From positions 5,491 through 69,490 of the forward strand of contig CAWGPH010000006.1 in assembly GCA_963824485.1 (NCBI GenBank): a stretch of 64,000 bases of DNA, in the 5' to 3' direction. The stretch is from an uncultured Actinomycetes bacterium (lineage in GTDB: Bacteria; Actinomycetota; Thermoleophilia; Solirubrobacterales; 70-9). Positions 44,268 to 53,090 of the stretch are shown one piece after another; within the stretch, counting starts at the first letter, position 1, and every line of letters begins with the position of its first letter. A program made the translations under genes and the position numbers. The notes below the pieces were generated by a model. It saw nothing but the letters and a program-made list of their open reading frames with translations. It was not told the DNA's origin and did no database searches.

Positions 44268-45134
44268 ATGTCACTCGCGGACTGGTGGCAGTCAGGGTCC
44301 CGGGAAGCGGTCGTGCTCTCCGGCGCCGCGCGCCAGATCTTCGTCATGCAAGTCGGCTCCGGTCCCGACGTGACGCTGCTGCACGGTTTCCCGAGCTCCT
44401 CTCACGACTGGGCCAAGGTGGCGCCCGCCCTCGCCGATGGCCACGCCGTGCTCGCACCCGATTTCCTCGGCTTCGGCGCCTCGGAGAAGCCGCGCGAGCA
44501 CGAGTACTCACTGTCGGAGCAGGCCGACCTGATCGAGTCGTTGTGGGGGCAGGCGGGGATCGACTCGACCGCGATCGTCGCCCACGACTACGGCGTCTCG
44601 GTCGCCCAGGAGTTGCTCGCCCGTCGCGCCGAAGGGGCGCTGCGAGTCGACATCACCGCGGTCGCCTTCCTCAACGGCGGGATCTACCCGGGCCTCCATC
44701 GACCCGAGCCCTCGCAGCTGGCGCTGCTCGACCCTGAGCGCGGACCGGCCATCTCGGCGGCGATCGACGAGGCAGTCTTCTCGATGGCCCTCGCCCCCAC
44801 CTTCGCCGAAGATTTCGACGCCGCCGAAGACACCGCCACGATCTGGCAATCGATCTCTCGTGACGATGGTCAACGGATCATGCACATGCTCATCCACTAT
44901 ATGCCCGATCGCGAACGCCACGCCGAGCGCTGGACCGGCGCCCTTGAGCAAACCGACGTCCCCCGCTCATTCGTCTGGGGGATGCTCGACCCCGTCTCCG
45001 GCGCCCACATGGCCGAGCGGATCCGCGAGCGCCTTCCCGGCGCCCCGATCCTGGCCCTCGAAGACGTCGGGCACTGGCCGCAACTCGAAGCACCTGAGCC
45101 GGTCGCGGCAGCGCTGCTCGACTCGCTTCCCTAG
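44268..45134 (+). CDS. Alpha/beta-fold hydrolase
   Basis: LLHGFPSSSHDW and VAHDYG (nucleophile elbow with Asp) with a C-terminal GHWPQLE, giving an epoxide hydrolase/haloalkane dehalogenase-like pattern. Confidence 0.75.
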   Translation: MSLADWWQSGSREAVVLSGAARQIFVMQVGSGPDVTLLHGFPSSSHDWAKVAPALADGHAVLAPDFLGFGASEKPREHEYSLSEQADLIESLWGQAGIDSTAIVAHDYGVSVAQELLARRAEGALRVDITAVAFLNGGIYPGLHRPEPSQLALLDPERGPAISAAIDEAVFSMALAPTFAEDFDAAEDTATIWQSISRDDGQRIMHMLIHYMPDRERHAERWTGALEQTDVPRSFVWGMLDPVSGAHMAERIRERLPGAPILALEDVGHWPQLEAPEPVAAALLDSLP

Positions 45135-46204
45135 TGGCGTCCATGCCGCGAACAATTCGCACGTTTTTTCTACGGCGTCGCATCCGGGAGAAGTCGCGGA
45201 GCTACTCGACGACGGTCACCCTCGCTTCCTGGTCAGCTGGAAGTCGCGGTGTACTTCTAGCCCTTGCTTGCTTAGGCCTATTTTCTTTCTCGGCTATCGC
45301 GGTCGTGCGGAATGCCGCGGCGAGCACCAGAAACTCCAAGCCCGTCCCACAGCTTGCCCGCTTCTTTCTCAGCGGAACCAATGGATACAAAGTCATCGTC
45401 CTGGCCTCGGTCGAAGGGGCGGAATCCCCGGTACGCGTCGTTGTCGAAGACCATCGAGGCGGTGCCGAATACCAGGTGCTCGGAACCGTCACCGCGACCA
45501 AGATCAACGCCTCCTTCGGTCAGTTCGGCGATATCTCGCTTCGCTTCCACCCCTCCGGGCGGGTTCTTCATAGCCTCGTCTACGGGGATAAGGAATGCCC
45601 TCGGGGAGGGGCCCGCCTTGGAGACTTCACCGGCGTCTTCAGCTTCCGTGGCGAGGGCAACTACACGACGGTCTCCGCGCATCGGATACCCGGCGGTGTC
45701 GGTGCTCCTACCGCCCCGATCGACCAACACGAAGAACTCTCCCTCGGTTGCCCAGATCCCAACCGGCGCTCATATATCGTGCCGCCGGGTCAGGTTCCCC
45801 GGTCCGTTCACGAAAACCCATCCGGCTCCCGAGAATTGAGTGCGGTTGCCGCCACTCCCGACGAAACGATCGCCTTCGGGGCAGTGACCTTTTCGCTTCG
45901 CCATCCCGAAGCGCCTGGGGCGAAGCCTGATTCGTGTCTGTTTGTGGCGCTTGCCGAGGAAGTGCGAGAACCGGTTCAGATTGCTCGTGTCGTCTTTGGG
46001 GGCGGGCCCGCGAGCGAGTGCCCGCTCGCTGGATCGCCTGACCCGGTGACCGTTACGCCGCCATCCCCCTTTAGCGGCACCGGAACTTTGCAGCGCAACG
46101 CCGACGGCTCGACCAGCTGGACTGGTTTCCTCAGCGTCCCGATGCTCGGCCGGGGGCCCGTGGCTCTGGCCGGACCAGCCTTCAAGGCCGAACTGTCGAA
46201 GTAG
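45134..46204 (+). CDS. Hypothetical secreted/anchored protein in a lower-GC islet
   Basis: N-terminal basic region plus TM helix (VLLALACLGLFSFSAIAVV). No motif recognised. G+C is visibly lower than in the flanks. Confidence 0.55.
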   Translation: MASMPRTIRTFFLRRRIREKSRSYSTTVTLASWSAGSRGVLLALACLGLFSFSAIAVVRNAAASTRNSKPVPQLARFFLSGTNGYKVIVLASVEGAESPVRVVVEDHRGGAEYQVLGTVTATKINASFGQFGDISLRFHPSGRVLHSLVYGDKECPRGGARLGDFTGVFSFRGEGNYTTVSAHRIPGGVGAPTAPIDQHEELSLGCPDPNRRSYIVPPGQVPRSVHENPSGSRELSAVAATPDETIAFGAVTFSLRHPEAPGAKPDSCLFVALAEEVREPVQIARVVFGGGPASECPLAGSPDPVTVTPPSPFSGTGTLQRNADGSTSWTGFLSVPMLGRGPVALAGPAFKAELSK

Positions 46205-46289
46205 CCGTGCCCAGGAAGTCCAAGCCCACGCGCCATGGGCCGATCCTCACCTCGCTCTCTTCACGTGATCCTGGAACCGTGAGGAAACT

Positions 46290-46406
46290 TTGACTCGCCA
46301 AGTAATCAAGTGGGTGCTTATTGTTGCCGCGGCGATGATGGCTTTCGCGTCCATCATCACCCTCATCCTGGCATTCGTCGCGCAGAAGATCATCAGCGGG
46401 CACTGA
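46290..46406 (+). CDS. Candidate 38-aa single-TM peptide (below track cutoff)
   Basis: A TTG start is preceded by GAGGAAAC. My translation is LTRQVIKWVLIVAAAMMAFASIITLILAFVAQKIISGH. Speculative. Confidence 0.25.
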   Translation: MTRQVIKWVLIVAAAMMAFASIITLILAFVAQKIISGH

Positions 46407-46563
46407 AATCCGCGTCGAGACAGGTGATCCAGGGGCCGACCCGTCGTCCAGCGGGCACGAACACCTGTTCGCTCCGCGACATCTGGGGAGGCGAGAACTC
46501 GCTAAGGGTCGCGTCGGAGCGCAGCAATGTCCCGTCGAGGTCGCAGATGTAGAGCGCGGCCAA
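46393..46563 (-). pseudogene. Truncated N-terminal fragment of a Cof/HAD-IIB-type phosphatase
   Basis: My translation is LAALYICDLDGTLLRSDATLSEFS...VFVPAGRR: HAD motif I DxDGT and a motif-II-like region, then termination after 56 codons at the edge of the lower-GC islet. Confidence 0.5.
46458..46471. promoter_or_regulatory. Orphan LexA-box-like palindrome (twin of the dinB box)
   Basis: CGAACACCTGTTCG. The extended context GGCACGAAC-N4-GTTCGCTCCGC is identical to the site at 47969-47982. Confidence 0.35.
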
Positions 46564-46565
46564 TG

Positions 46566-47249
46566 TCAGATGATCGCCTGACGCGCCGCGCCGGCCAGGA
46601 GTTTCCTCACGCTCGCTGCAAGCTCGGCCGGCACATCGACAATGGACTCCGCACCCGCCTTTCGCAACTCCTCGGCGCTGCCGATGCCCCAGGTGACGCC
46701 GATCGACGGCAGCGAGTTGGCATCGGCGCCGGCGATGTCATGCGAGCGGTCGCCGACCATGACGGCCCGCTTCGGCCGCCCAAGCATCTTCAGGGCGGCT
46801 GCGATGGTGCACGCCTTGCTCTCCCCCTGCACGCTCAGGTCGGGACCGGCGACCGCAGTGAAGAAGGACCGTAGCCCGAGGCTCCCCAGCAGCGGCTGCG
46901 CGAAGGCTAGCGGCTTCGACGTTGCGACCGCCAGCCGATATCGCCGTCCCAGCTCGTCCAGCGCGATCTCGATGCCTGGCATGACGACCGTCTCCCGCAA
47001 CGAAGCCTCGGCATAGCGGCCGCGATAACTGCCGAGGCACGACGCGACGAGCGCCGAGTCCGGCGGGTGTCCGGTGAGATCCGCGAAGGCGTCTGCGAGC
47101 GAGGGGCCGATGAAGCGGTGAAGGGCATCCGCCGGCCGAGCGGGAAGATCGTGCTCAAGAAGAGCATGATTGATGCAGCCGGTGATCGCCGCCCGCGAGT
47201 CCACCAGGACCCCGTCGAGGTCGAAGAGGACGGCGTCATGGTCTGTCAT
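46566..47249 (-). CDS. HAD-IA family hydrolase (phosphoglycolate phosphatase-like)
   Basis: Motif I LFDLDGVLVDS, motif II VATSK and motif IV MVGDRSHDI. Confidence 0.8.
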   Translation of the reverse strand: MTDHDAVLFDLDGVLVDSRAAITGCINHALLEHDLPARPADALHRFIGPSLADAFADLTGHPPDSALVASCLGSYRGRYAEASLRETVVMPGIEIALDELGRRYRLAVATSKPLAFAQPLLGSLGLRSFFTAVAGPDLSVQGESKACTIAAALKMLGRPKRAVMVGDRSHDIAGADANSLPSIGVTWGIGSAEELRKAGAESIVDVPAELAASVRKLLAGAARQAII

Positions 47250-47335
47250 GAGGCAAGCCTATGGTTCACATCGGAGCCGACCCTTCCTGCGGTCCGTAAG
47301 CTGCGCGAATACGCGCGCCCCGTCGCAACGTCGAG

Positions 47336-47836
47336 TTGAAAGCCAGGGACCGACACCCGGCGCGTTCGCTTGCCGCCTGTGCGTCCCTCGGAGCCGAGGA
47401 TCACGGCATCCTCGGACAGCGGGACACCTATTTCCACGCAAGCCACGGGCGACTGAAGCTCCGCGAGCAGGACGGGGACAGACCGCACCTGATCGCCTAC
47501 GAGCGCCCCGATCAGACGGATGAGCGAACGAGCAACTACCGGATCGTCGAGGTCGAACCCGCCGAGGAGTTGAAACGTGCCCTGGCGGCAACCCTCGGCA
47601 TCCGGGCCATCGTCGTCAAAGAGCGCCACCTCTTCCTCTGGGAATCGGTCCGCATCCACCTTGACACGGTCGAGAACCTCGGCAGTTTCATCGAGTTCGA
47701 GGCAGTGGCGCCGCCCGAGTCGGACCTTTCGAAGGAGAAGGAGCGGGTCGCGTTCCTGCGGGAGACATTCCAGATCGCCGAGGATGACCTGGTCGCCACG
47801 AGCTACGGCGACATGGCCCTCGATGAGGACCGATAA
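47336..47836 (+). CDS. CYTH-domain protein (class IV adenylate cyclase/CyaB-like)
   Basis: QRDTYF, RLKLRE, KERHLFLWESVRIHLDTVENLGSFIEFE. The only in-frame start is a TTG that falls inside the expected N-terminal ExExK strand (upstream in-frame codons read RNVELK), so the N-terminus is atypical. Confidence 0.7.
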   Translation: MKARDRHPARSLAACASLGAEDHGILGQRDTYFHASHGRLKLREQDGDRPHLIAYERPDQTDERTSNYRIVEVEPAEELKRALAATLGIRAIVVKERHLFLWESVRIHLDTVENLGSFIEFEAVAPPESDLSKEKERVAFLRETFQIAEDDLVATSYGDMALDEDR

Positions 47837-47968
47837 GTCGGCGGGTTCAGGCTCAGGGATAGCGGCCGTTGAGGCGTTTGTGGGCGCGTTCGTAGACGGT
47901 CCGGGTCGCCGGGTTGTCGGGGTGGCCTGGCGCAACTTCGAGGCAGGCCACTCGACGGCATGGAGGCA

Positions 47969-47982
47969 CGAACCTGTGTTCG
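47969..47982. promoter_or_regulatory. LexA (SOS) box upstream of dinB
   Basis: CGAACCTGTGTTCG fits the Gram-positive/actinobacterial consensus CGAAC-N4-GTTCG and lies 31 nt upstream of the proposed dinB GTG. Confidence 0.6.
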
Positions 47983-48012
47983 CTCCGCCGCTTGTGCCGC
48001 TACCGTCTTCCC

Positions 48013-49107
48013 GTGTCGTCGATTGCCGACTGGCCCCGCGTGGTCGCAATTGTTGACATGGACGCGTTCTATGCGTCCGTCGAGCTGCGGCGGCATCCGG
48101 AGCTGAAAGGGAAGCCGGTGGTGGTCTGCGGATCAGGGCCGCGGGCGGTGGTGACGACGGCGAGCTACGAGGCGCGGAAGCTGGCCGGGATCCGCTCGGC
48201 GATGCCGGCCTCGGTGGCGCGGCGGAGGCTGCCGAACGCGGCCTACATCAAGCCGGACTTCCCCGCCTACCGGGAGGCGTCGGCGCTGGTGATGGACGTG
48301 CTGCGCTCGAACGTCGAGGTGGTCGAGGTCGTCGGCCTCGACGAGGCGTATCTCGACCTCACCGGGATCTTCTCGCCGAAGGCGACGATGCGCCGGATCA
48401 AGGCGGAGATCCGCGAGGTGACCGGGCTGACCTGCTCGGTCGGGATCTCGGAGAGCCGCATGCTGGCCAAGATGACCAGTGAGCTGGGCAAGCCGAACGG
48501 GCTCGTCGTGATCTCCCGCGAGGAGGCGCTCGCCCGCTTCGGCGCCGGGCCGCCCGGCGTCGTCCCCGGGATCGGGCCGAAGACCGCCGAACGGCTGGAA
48601 AAGCTCGGCATCGCCACCCTCGGCGCACTCGGCGAGTGGGACCGGGGTGACCTCGAAGCGCGTTTCGGGCCCCGCTCCGGCGCCTGGCTCCACGCCCGCG
48701 GCAACCTCCGCGACGAAACCCTGATCACGATCACGCGCGAGACGAAATCGCAGTCGGTGGAGACGACCTTCGACGTCGACGTCGCCGAGCTCGCGGCGCT
48801 CGAGCGGACGCTCCGCGACCAAGCCGAGGAGCTCTGCCGCCGGCTCGCCAAGAAGGAGCTGGAGGGGCGCTCGATCGGGATCAAGGTCCGCCTCGACGAC
48901 TGGACCAACATCACCCGCTCACAATCCGTCGAGACACCGACCAACGACCCGGAGGTCGTCTGGCCGATCGCGCTCGACCTGCTGCGGGCCTACGACCCGC
49001 CGCGGCCGGTCCGCCTGCTCGGCGTCCGCCTCGCCTCGTTCGAGAACGAGGCCGACGACGACGCCGGGGAGGACGAGCCGCAACTCCGGCTCACCCTCCC
49101 CGGCTGA
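48013..49107 (+). CDS. dinB: DNA polymerase IV (Y-family)
   Basis: VAIVDMDAFYASVE, SYEARK, LDEAYLD, SVGIS and GIGPKTAERL. A GTG start at 48013, downstream of the LexA box, is assumed. Confidence 0.9.
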   Translation: MSSIADWPRVVAIVDMDAFYASVELRRHPELKGKPVVVCGSGPRAVVTTASYEARKLAGIRSAMPASVARRRLPNAAYIKPDFPAYREASALVMDVLRSNVEVVEVVGLDEAYLDLTGIFSPKATMRRIKAEIREVTGLTCSVGISESRMLAKMTSELGKPNGLVVISREEALARFGAGPPGVVPGIGPKTAERLEKLGIATLGALGEWDRGDLEARFGPRSGAWLHARGNLRDETLITITRETKSQSVETTFDVDVAELAALERTLRDQAEELCRRLAKKELEGRSIGIKVRLDDWTNITRSQSVETPTNDPEVVWPIALDLLRAYDPPRPVRLLGVRLASFENEADDDAGEDEPQLRLTLPG

Positions 49108-49120
49108 CAACGGCCGGCGC

Positions 49121-49159
49121 GTTCGCAGTTCTCTGCGCTATCCGACGATAAGTGCGAAC
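49121..49159. repeat. 39-bp hairpin repeat family 1, copy E (hybrid arms)
   Basis: GTTCGCAGTTCTCTGCG-CTATC-CGACGATAAGTGCGAAC. The left arm resembles copy B and the right arm resembles copy A, so the stem is imperfect. Confidence 0.75.
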
Positions 49160-49177
49160 GCGGTCGGCGCGGCGCGG

Positions 49178-49837
49178 CTAGTGGTTGGCTTCGATGTCGC
49201 CGACGCCCGGGAAACCGAGCGCGTCCTTGGTCGCTTCGGTCAGGTCGTATTCCCGACCGGCGACGTAGGGACCGCGGTCGATCACGGGAACGGTGACCTG
49301 GCGGCCGTGATAGCGCAGCTTCACCTTGGTGCCGCAGGGCAGCGTCTTGTTGGCGACGCCGAGTGTCCCCGGCTCCAGGGTGCCGCCGCAGGCGACGCCG
49401 TTGCCGTAGAGCCCGGGCCCGTAGTAGGAGGCACCGGCCAGCCGGTAAGCGGTCACGTGGCGGGCGGGGCTGTGGGAGCCGCGCACCCGGGCATCGTGCA
49501 CGCCGTAGGCGGTGACGTCGTAGTTGCCGACCTCCCCCGCGTCCCACTTCACCCGGAAGGTGCCGTCGGACTTGGTGCGGAGGGCGAGGATCTTATGGTC
49601 GGGGCCGCTGAAGACGACCTTGACCAGGTGGGCGCCGCCGGGGCGCACCTTGCCTCGAAGGGCCACGCTGTCGCCGCTGAGCACCGAGTGCCCGGAGACG
49701 TGCAGCGCGACGTGTGACTTGACCCGCTTGGGCGCCTCGTGGTGATGCCGATGCCGCTGTTGGTGCTGGGCGGCGGCCGGGGACGCGCCGATCGAGAGCG
49801 CCATGGCGGCGCCGATCACGGGCAGGATGAATCGCAT
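49178..49837 (-). CDS. Secreted RlpA-like double-psi beta-barrel (DPBB) cell-wall protein
   Basis: Signal peptide MRFILPVIGAAMALSIGASPAAA and a C-terminal DPBB region ASYYGPGLYGNGVACGG...LPCGTKVKLRYHGRQVTVPVIDRGPY. Confidence 0.8.
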   Translation of the reverse strand: MRFILPVIGAAMALSIGASPAAAQHQQRHRHHHEAPKRVKSHVALHVSGHSVLSGDSVALRGKVRPGGAHLVKVVFSGPDHKILALRTKSDGTFRVKWDAGEVGNYDVTAYGVHDARVRGSHSPARHVTAYRLAGASYYGPGLYGNGVACGGTLEPGTLGVANKTLPCGTKVKLRYHGRQVTVPVIDRGPYVAGREYDLTEATKDALGFPGVGDIEANH

Positions 49838-49855
49838 CGTGTTTGACTCGCTTTC

Positions 49856-50012
49856 TGCTGCCTACGGGGTTAGCTGACGGGCTCGCGGACCCCGGCGCTG
49901 CGGCCGATGTCCGTTACAGGCGGCAAGCCGCCCGATTCGCCCCAGACACCGCGGCCTGGTGGTCGCCGCGGCAATTGGTTCCCCCGCTCCCCGTCGCGCT
50001 TCGGCGAGGGGA
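49856..50012 (-). promoter_or_regulatory. ydaO/yuaA-type cyclic-di-AMP riboswitch in the 5' leader of the RlpA-like gene
   Basis: The minus-strand RNA contains GAGCGGGGGAACCAAU, GGGGCGAAUC and GCCCGUCAGCUAACCCCGUAGGC. These closely match, as I recall them, the B. subtilis ydaO segments GAGCGGGGGACCCAAU, GGGGUGAAUC and ACCCGUCAGCUAACCUCGUAAGC. The element ends about 20 nt before the ATG. Confidence 0.8.
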
Positions 50013-50193
50013 CTCGGCAGATGGGTTCTTTCCTTTGTGCCCGGAACACGCTATGGAGCGGCCGGGTGCGTCCGTGTGACCGGCCTCACAGACGTGACGA
50101 ACGGCACGAAAGCGTGCAAAGGCGCCCAAATGGCGCTGCAAAGCCAAAGAATCGCCGTCACACGGCCGGAACGCCGTATGCGAAGATGGACCG

Positions 50194-51645
50194 GTGGGTA
50201 ACTCCGACCGGCTATCCGGGCTCGATGCGTCGTTCCTTCACATGGAGCGCGAGGGTGCCCACATGCACGTCGCCTCGACCATCATCTTCGAAGGGCCGGC
50301 CCCGACGCACGAGGAATTCCGCGACCACATCGCCTCGCGCCTCCACCTTGTGCCGCGCTTCCGCCAGAAGCTGCGCTCGGTGCCGTTCGGCCAGGGCCGG
50401 CCGGTCTGGGTCGACGACCCACACCTGAACCTCGACTACCACGTCCGCCAGACCGCCCTCCCCGTCCCCGGCTCGGACGAGCAGCTGCGCAACCTGGCGG
50501 CGCGGATCTTCTCCCAGCAGCTCGACCGCTCGAAGCCGCTCTGGGAGCTGTGGCTGGTCGAGGGCATGGCCGACGGCCGCTTTGCCGTGATCGGCAAGAG
50601 CCATCACGCGCTGGTCGACGGCGTCTCCGGGGTCGACATCACCACCGTTCTCTACGACCTCGACCGCGAGCCGAAGGGCCCGCCGTCCACCCCGCCCCCC
50701 TGGCTCGCCCGGCCCGAGCCGACCGACACCCAGCTGCTCAGCGAAGCGTTGAAGGAACGGCTGACCAGCCCGCGCGAGATCGTCCGCGGCGTCCGCCACG
50801 CGCTGCGCGGCCCGCGCCAGGTGGTTCACGGCGTCGCCGCGACGACGAAGATGGTCGGCGCCGGCCTCAGCGCCCCGCCCACGCCGTTCAACGTCGAGAT
50901 CGGCCCGCACCGCCGCTTCGCGATGACGCAGACCGACCTCGCCGATCTGAAACGGGTCAAGGATGCCCACGGCGGCACCGTCAACGACGTCATCCTCTCG
51001 GTCGTCTCCGGCGCGATAGGCAACTATTTGCGCGCCCGCGGCCACGACACCGAGGGCCTCGAGCTGCGCGCGCTGGTCCCGGTCTCGATCCGCGAGGCCG
51101 AGGAGCACGGTGCGCTCGGCAACCGGATCAGCGCGATGATGGCGCCGCTGCCGGTCTGGTGCGAAGACCCGATCGAGCGCCTCCACGTCGTCACCGAATC
51201 GATGGGCGACCTGAAGGCCTCCGGCCAGGCGGTCGGCGCCGAGATCCTCACCCGCCTCACCGACTTCGCGCCGACCACGATCGTCTCCCAGGCGGCCCGC
51301 CTGCAGCCCGCCCAGCGCTTCTTCAACCTGGTCGTCACCAACGTTCCCGGGCCGCAGTTTCCGCTCTACGTGCTGGGACGGCAGATGGAGTCGATCTTCC
51401 CGATGGTCCCGCTGGCCCAGCGCCAGGCGCTCTGTATCGGGATCATGTCCTATAACGGGCAGGTCAACTTCGGCCTGATCGGCGATTACGACGCGATGGC
51501 CGATCTCGACAGCTTCGCGCTCGACCTGGAGGCAGAGATCGCCGCGGCCATCGCCACCGCGCCGCCGGCGGTCAAGCCGCCGAAGCTGAAGGCGGCGACC
51601 TCGCGCAACGGCGCCGGCGCGGCCGGCGCGCGCTCCGGAACCTGA
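50194..51645 (+). CDS. Wax ester synthase/diacylglycerol acyltransferase (WS/DGAT)
   Basis: Active-site motif HHALVDGVSG and the typical N-terminus LSGLDASFLHME. Confidence 0.85.
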   Translation: MGNSDRLSGLDASFLHMEREGAHMHVASTIIFEGPAPTHEEFRDHIASRLHLVPRFRQKLRSVPFGQGRPVWVDDPHLNLDYHVRQTALPVPGSDEQLRNLAARIFSQQLDRSKPLWELWLVEGMADGRFAVIGKSHHALVDGVSGVDITTVLYDLDREPKGPPSTPPPWLARPEPTDTQLLSEALKERLTSPREIVRGVRHALRGPRQVVHGVAATTKMVGAGLSAPPTPFNVEIGPHRRFAMTQTDLADLKRVKDAHGGTVNDVILSVVSGAIGNYLRARGHDTEGLELRALVPVSIREAEEHGALGNRISAMMAPLPVWCEDPIERLHVVTESMGDLKASGQAVGAEILTRLTDFAPTTIVSQAARLQPAQRFFNLVVTNVPGPQFPLYVLGRQMESIFPMVPLAQRQALCIGIMSYNGQVNFGLIGDYDAMADLDSFALDLEAEIAAAIATAPPAVKPPKLKAATSRNGAGAAGARSGT

Positions 51646-51647
51646 GT

Positions 51648-53042
51648 TCAGCGCACGATCCGCCCGCTGACCCGGAACGGGGTTTCTTCGGTCAGGTAGC
51701 GCCAGTCGAGGCGGCGCGCGCTGAACCCGGCGGCGCGCGCGTCGGCGTTGACGACGACCGCGGTGATCCGCTGGAAGCGGCCCGGCTTGGGGAGGGTCGC
51801 GTGCAACACCCCACCCGTTTCGGCGTAGTCGATCGCCCGCACGGTGCGGCCGTGGCGTTCGGAGCCGATCCGCCCGACCAGCGCCACCCCGGCGTCCACC
51901 CCTTCCGGCGCTTCCACCTTCACTTCGACCGCACGGCCGCTGTGGGCGTGGACGCGGATCAGGCTAAAGGTGGTGTGGTTGAGCCGGCGGATCGCGGGCG
52001 GCGCGCCGAGCACCAGCGTCCCCTGCCGCGGCATGTCGGGATAGAGGTAGCTCTCGCGGAAGCCGATCCCGGTGCGCCACTCGGCGACATCGGCGGCGAA
52101 ACGGGTGAGGTCGCGGCCGAAGGTCGACTGGCCGGCGGCGCGGATCGCCCGTTCGTAGGCGCCGACCGCGAAGCCGTCGGGATGGACGCGGTCGGCCCCG
52201 GCCCAGGCTTCGCGGATGATCGCGCGGCCGTAGCGGCGGGCCAGCCACTGATTCCAGACCGCCGTCCCGTACTCTTTGATCGAGTTCGCGGTCAGCGGCG
52301 TTTCCCACAGCTTCACCCAGCTGCGCACGTAGCGCAGGTAGTCGTTGATGCCGTTGTAGACCTGGTCCTCCATCCAGACCGCGGTCGACTCGGCGAACCA
52401 GGAGTCCTCGTAGGCGTCGTAGCCGAACTGCAGGATGTGGTTGTACTCGTGGGCGAGGGTGACCTTGAGGTCGTGGCCCGGTTCGGTGTGGGGGAACTCG
52501 AAGACGTTGTAGTCGTTGTCGAGCACGAGGTAGCCGTGCAGGTGTCGCGGCTGCCGGCCGTCGACGGCCTGGCCGCGGTCGGGTGCCGCGTAGCCGAACA
52601 GCTCGGGGCCGATCTCGGAGAGGTAGATGTCGGTCTTGCCGTGGCCGCCGCCGAGCGTCCCGTCGGAGAGCGGCTCGCGCCAGCCGAGCTTTTCGTTCTC
52701 GACATGGTGGACGTGTTGGGCGACGGCGAGGACCCGTTCGACGTAGTCGGGGATGCCGTCGCCGTCGGTGTCCTTCAGGTTCGGCGCGTCGAGGCCCTGG
52801 TCGACCCAGTGTACGCAGAAGTTGACATCGCAGGCGGGCGACGCGGGCGCTTCGGGGACGGTGTAGGAGTCGCGGCTCGGGGTGATCCCTTCGCCGGGCC
52901 GTTCGAGCGCTTCGGTCGGGCGGGGACGGGGCTTGACGAAGGGTTCGGCGGCGGCGGAGGCGAGGCCGGGGAGCGTCGCCGAGGCGGCGGCGAGCGCAGC
53001 GACGGCCGCGACGACGACGGTGGCTCGGCGGCGCGCGCTCAT
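51648..53042 (-). CDS. Secreted zinc-metalloprotease-like protein
   Basis: Signal peptide (ATVVVAAVAALAAASATLPGLASA) and an HExxH motif (TLAHEYNHILQ). The ATG at 53042 is chosen because the rest of the 883-aa track ORF is antisense to nadE. Confidence 0.65.
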   Translation of the reverse strand: MSARRRATVVVAAVAALAAASATLPGLASAAAEPFVKPRPRPTEALERPGEGITPSRDSYTVPEAPASPACDVNFCVHWVDQGLDAPNLKDTDGDGIPDYVERVLAVAQHVHHVENEKLGWREPLSDGTLGGGHGKTDIYLSEIGPELFGYAAPDRGQAVDGRQPRHLHGYLVLDNDYNVFEFPHTEPGHDLKVTLAHEYNHILQFGYDAYEDSWFAESTAVWMEDQVYNGINDYLRYVRSWVKLWETPLTANSIKEYGTAVWNQWLARRYGRAIIREAWAGADRVHPDGFAVGAYERAIRAAGQSTFGRDLTRFAADVAEWRTGIGFRESYLYPDMPRQGTLVLGAPPAIRRLNHTTFSLIRVHAHSGRAVEVKVEAPEGVDAGVALVGRIGSERHGRTVRAIDYAETGGVLHATLPKPGRFQRITAVVVNADARAAGFSARRLDWRYLTEETPFRVSGRIVR

Positions 53043-53090
53043 CCGGATGACCCTAGATGACCTCGGCCGGGATACTTGTAGGTCTTCCCT

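Noticed and set aside
46182-46403. 73-aa minus-strand ORF in the lower-GC islet
   Set aside because: Its composition is charged and low-complexity, it has no RBS-like sequence, and it overlaps the more plausible small TM ORF and the end of the 356-aa gene.
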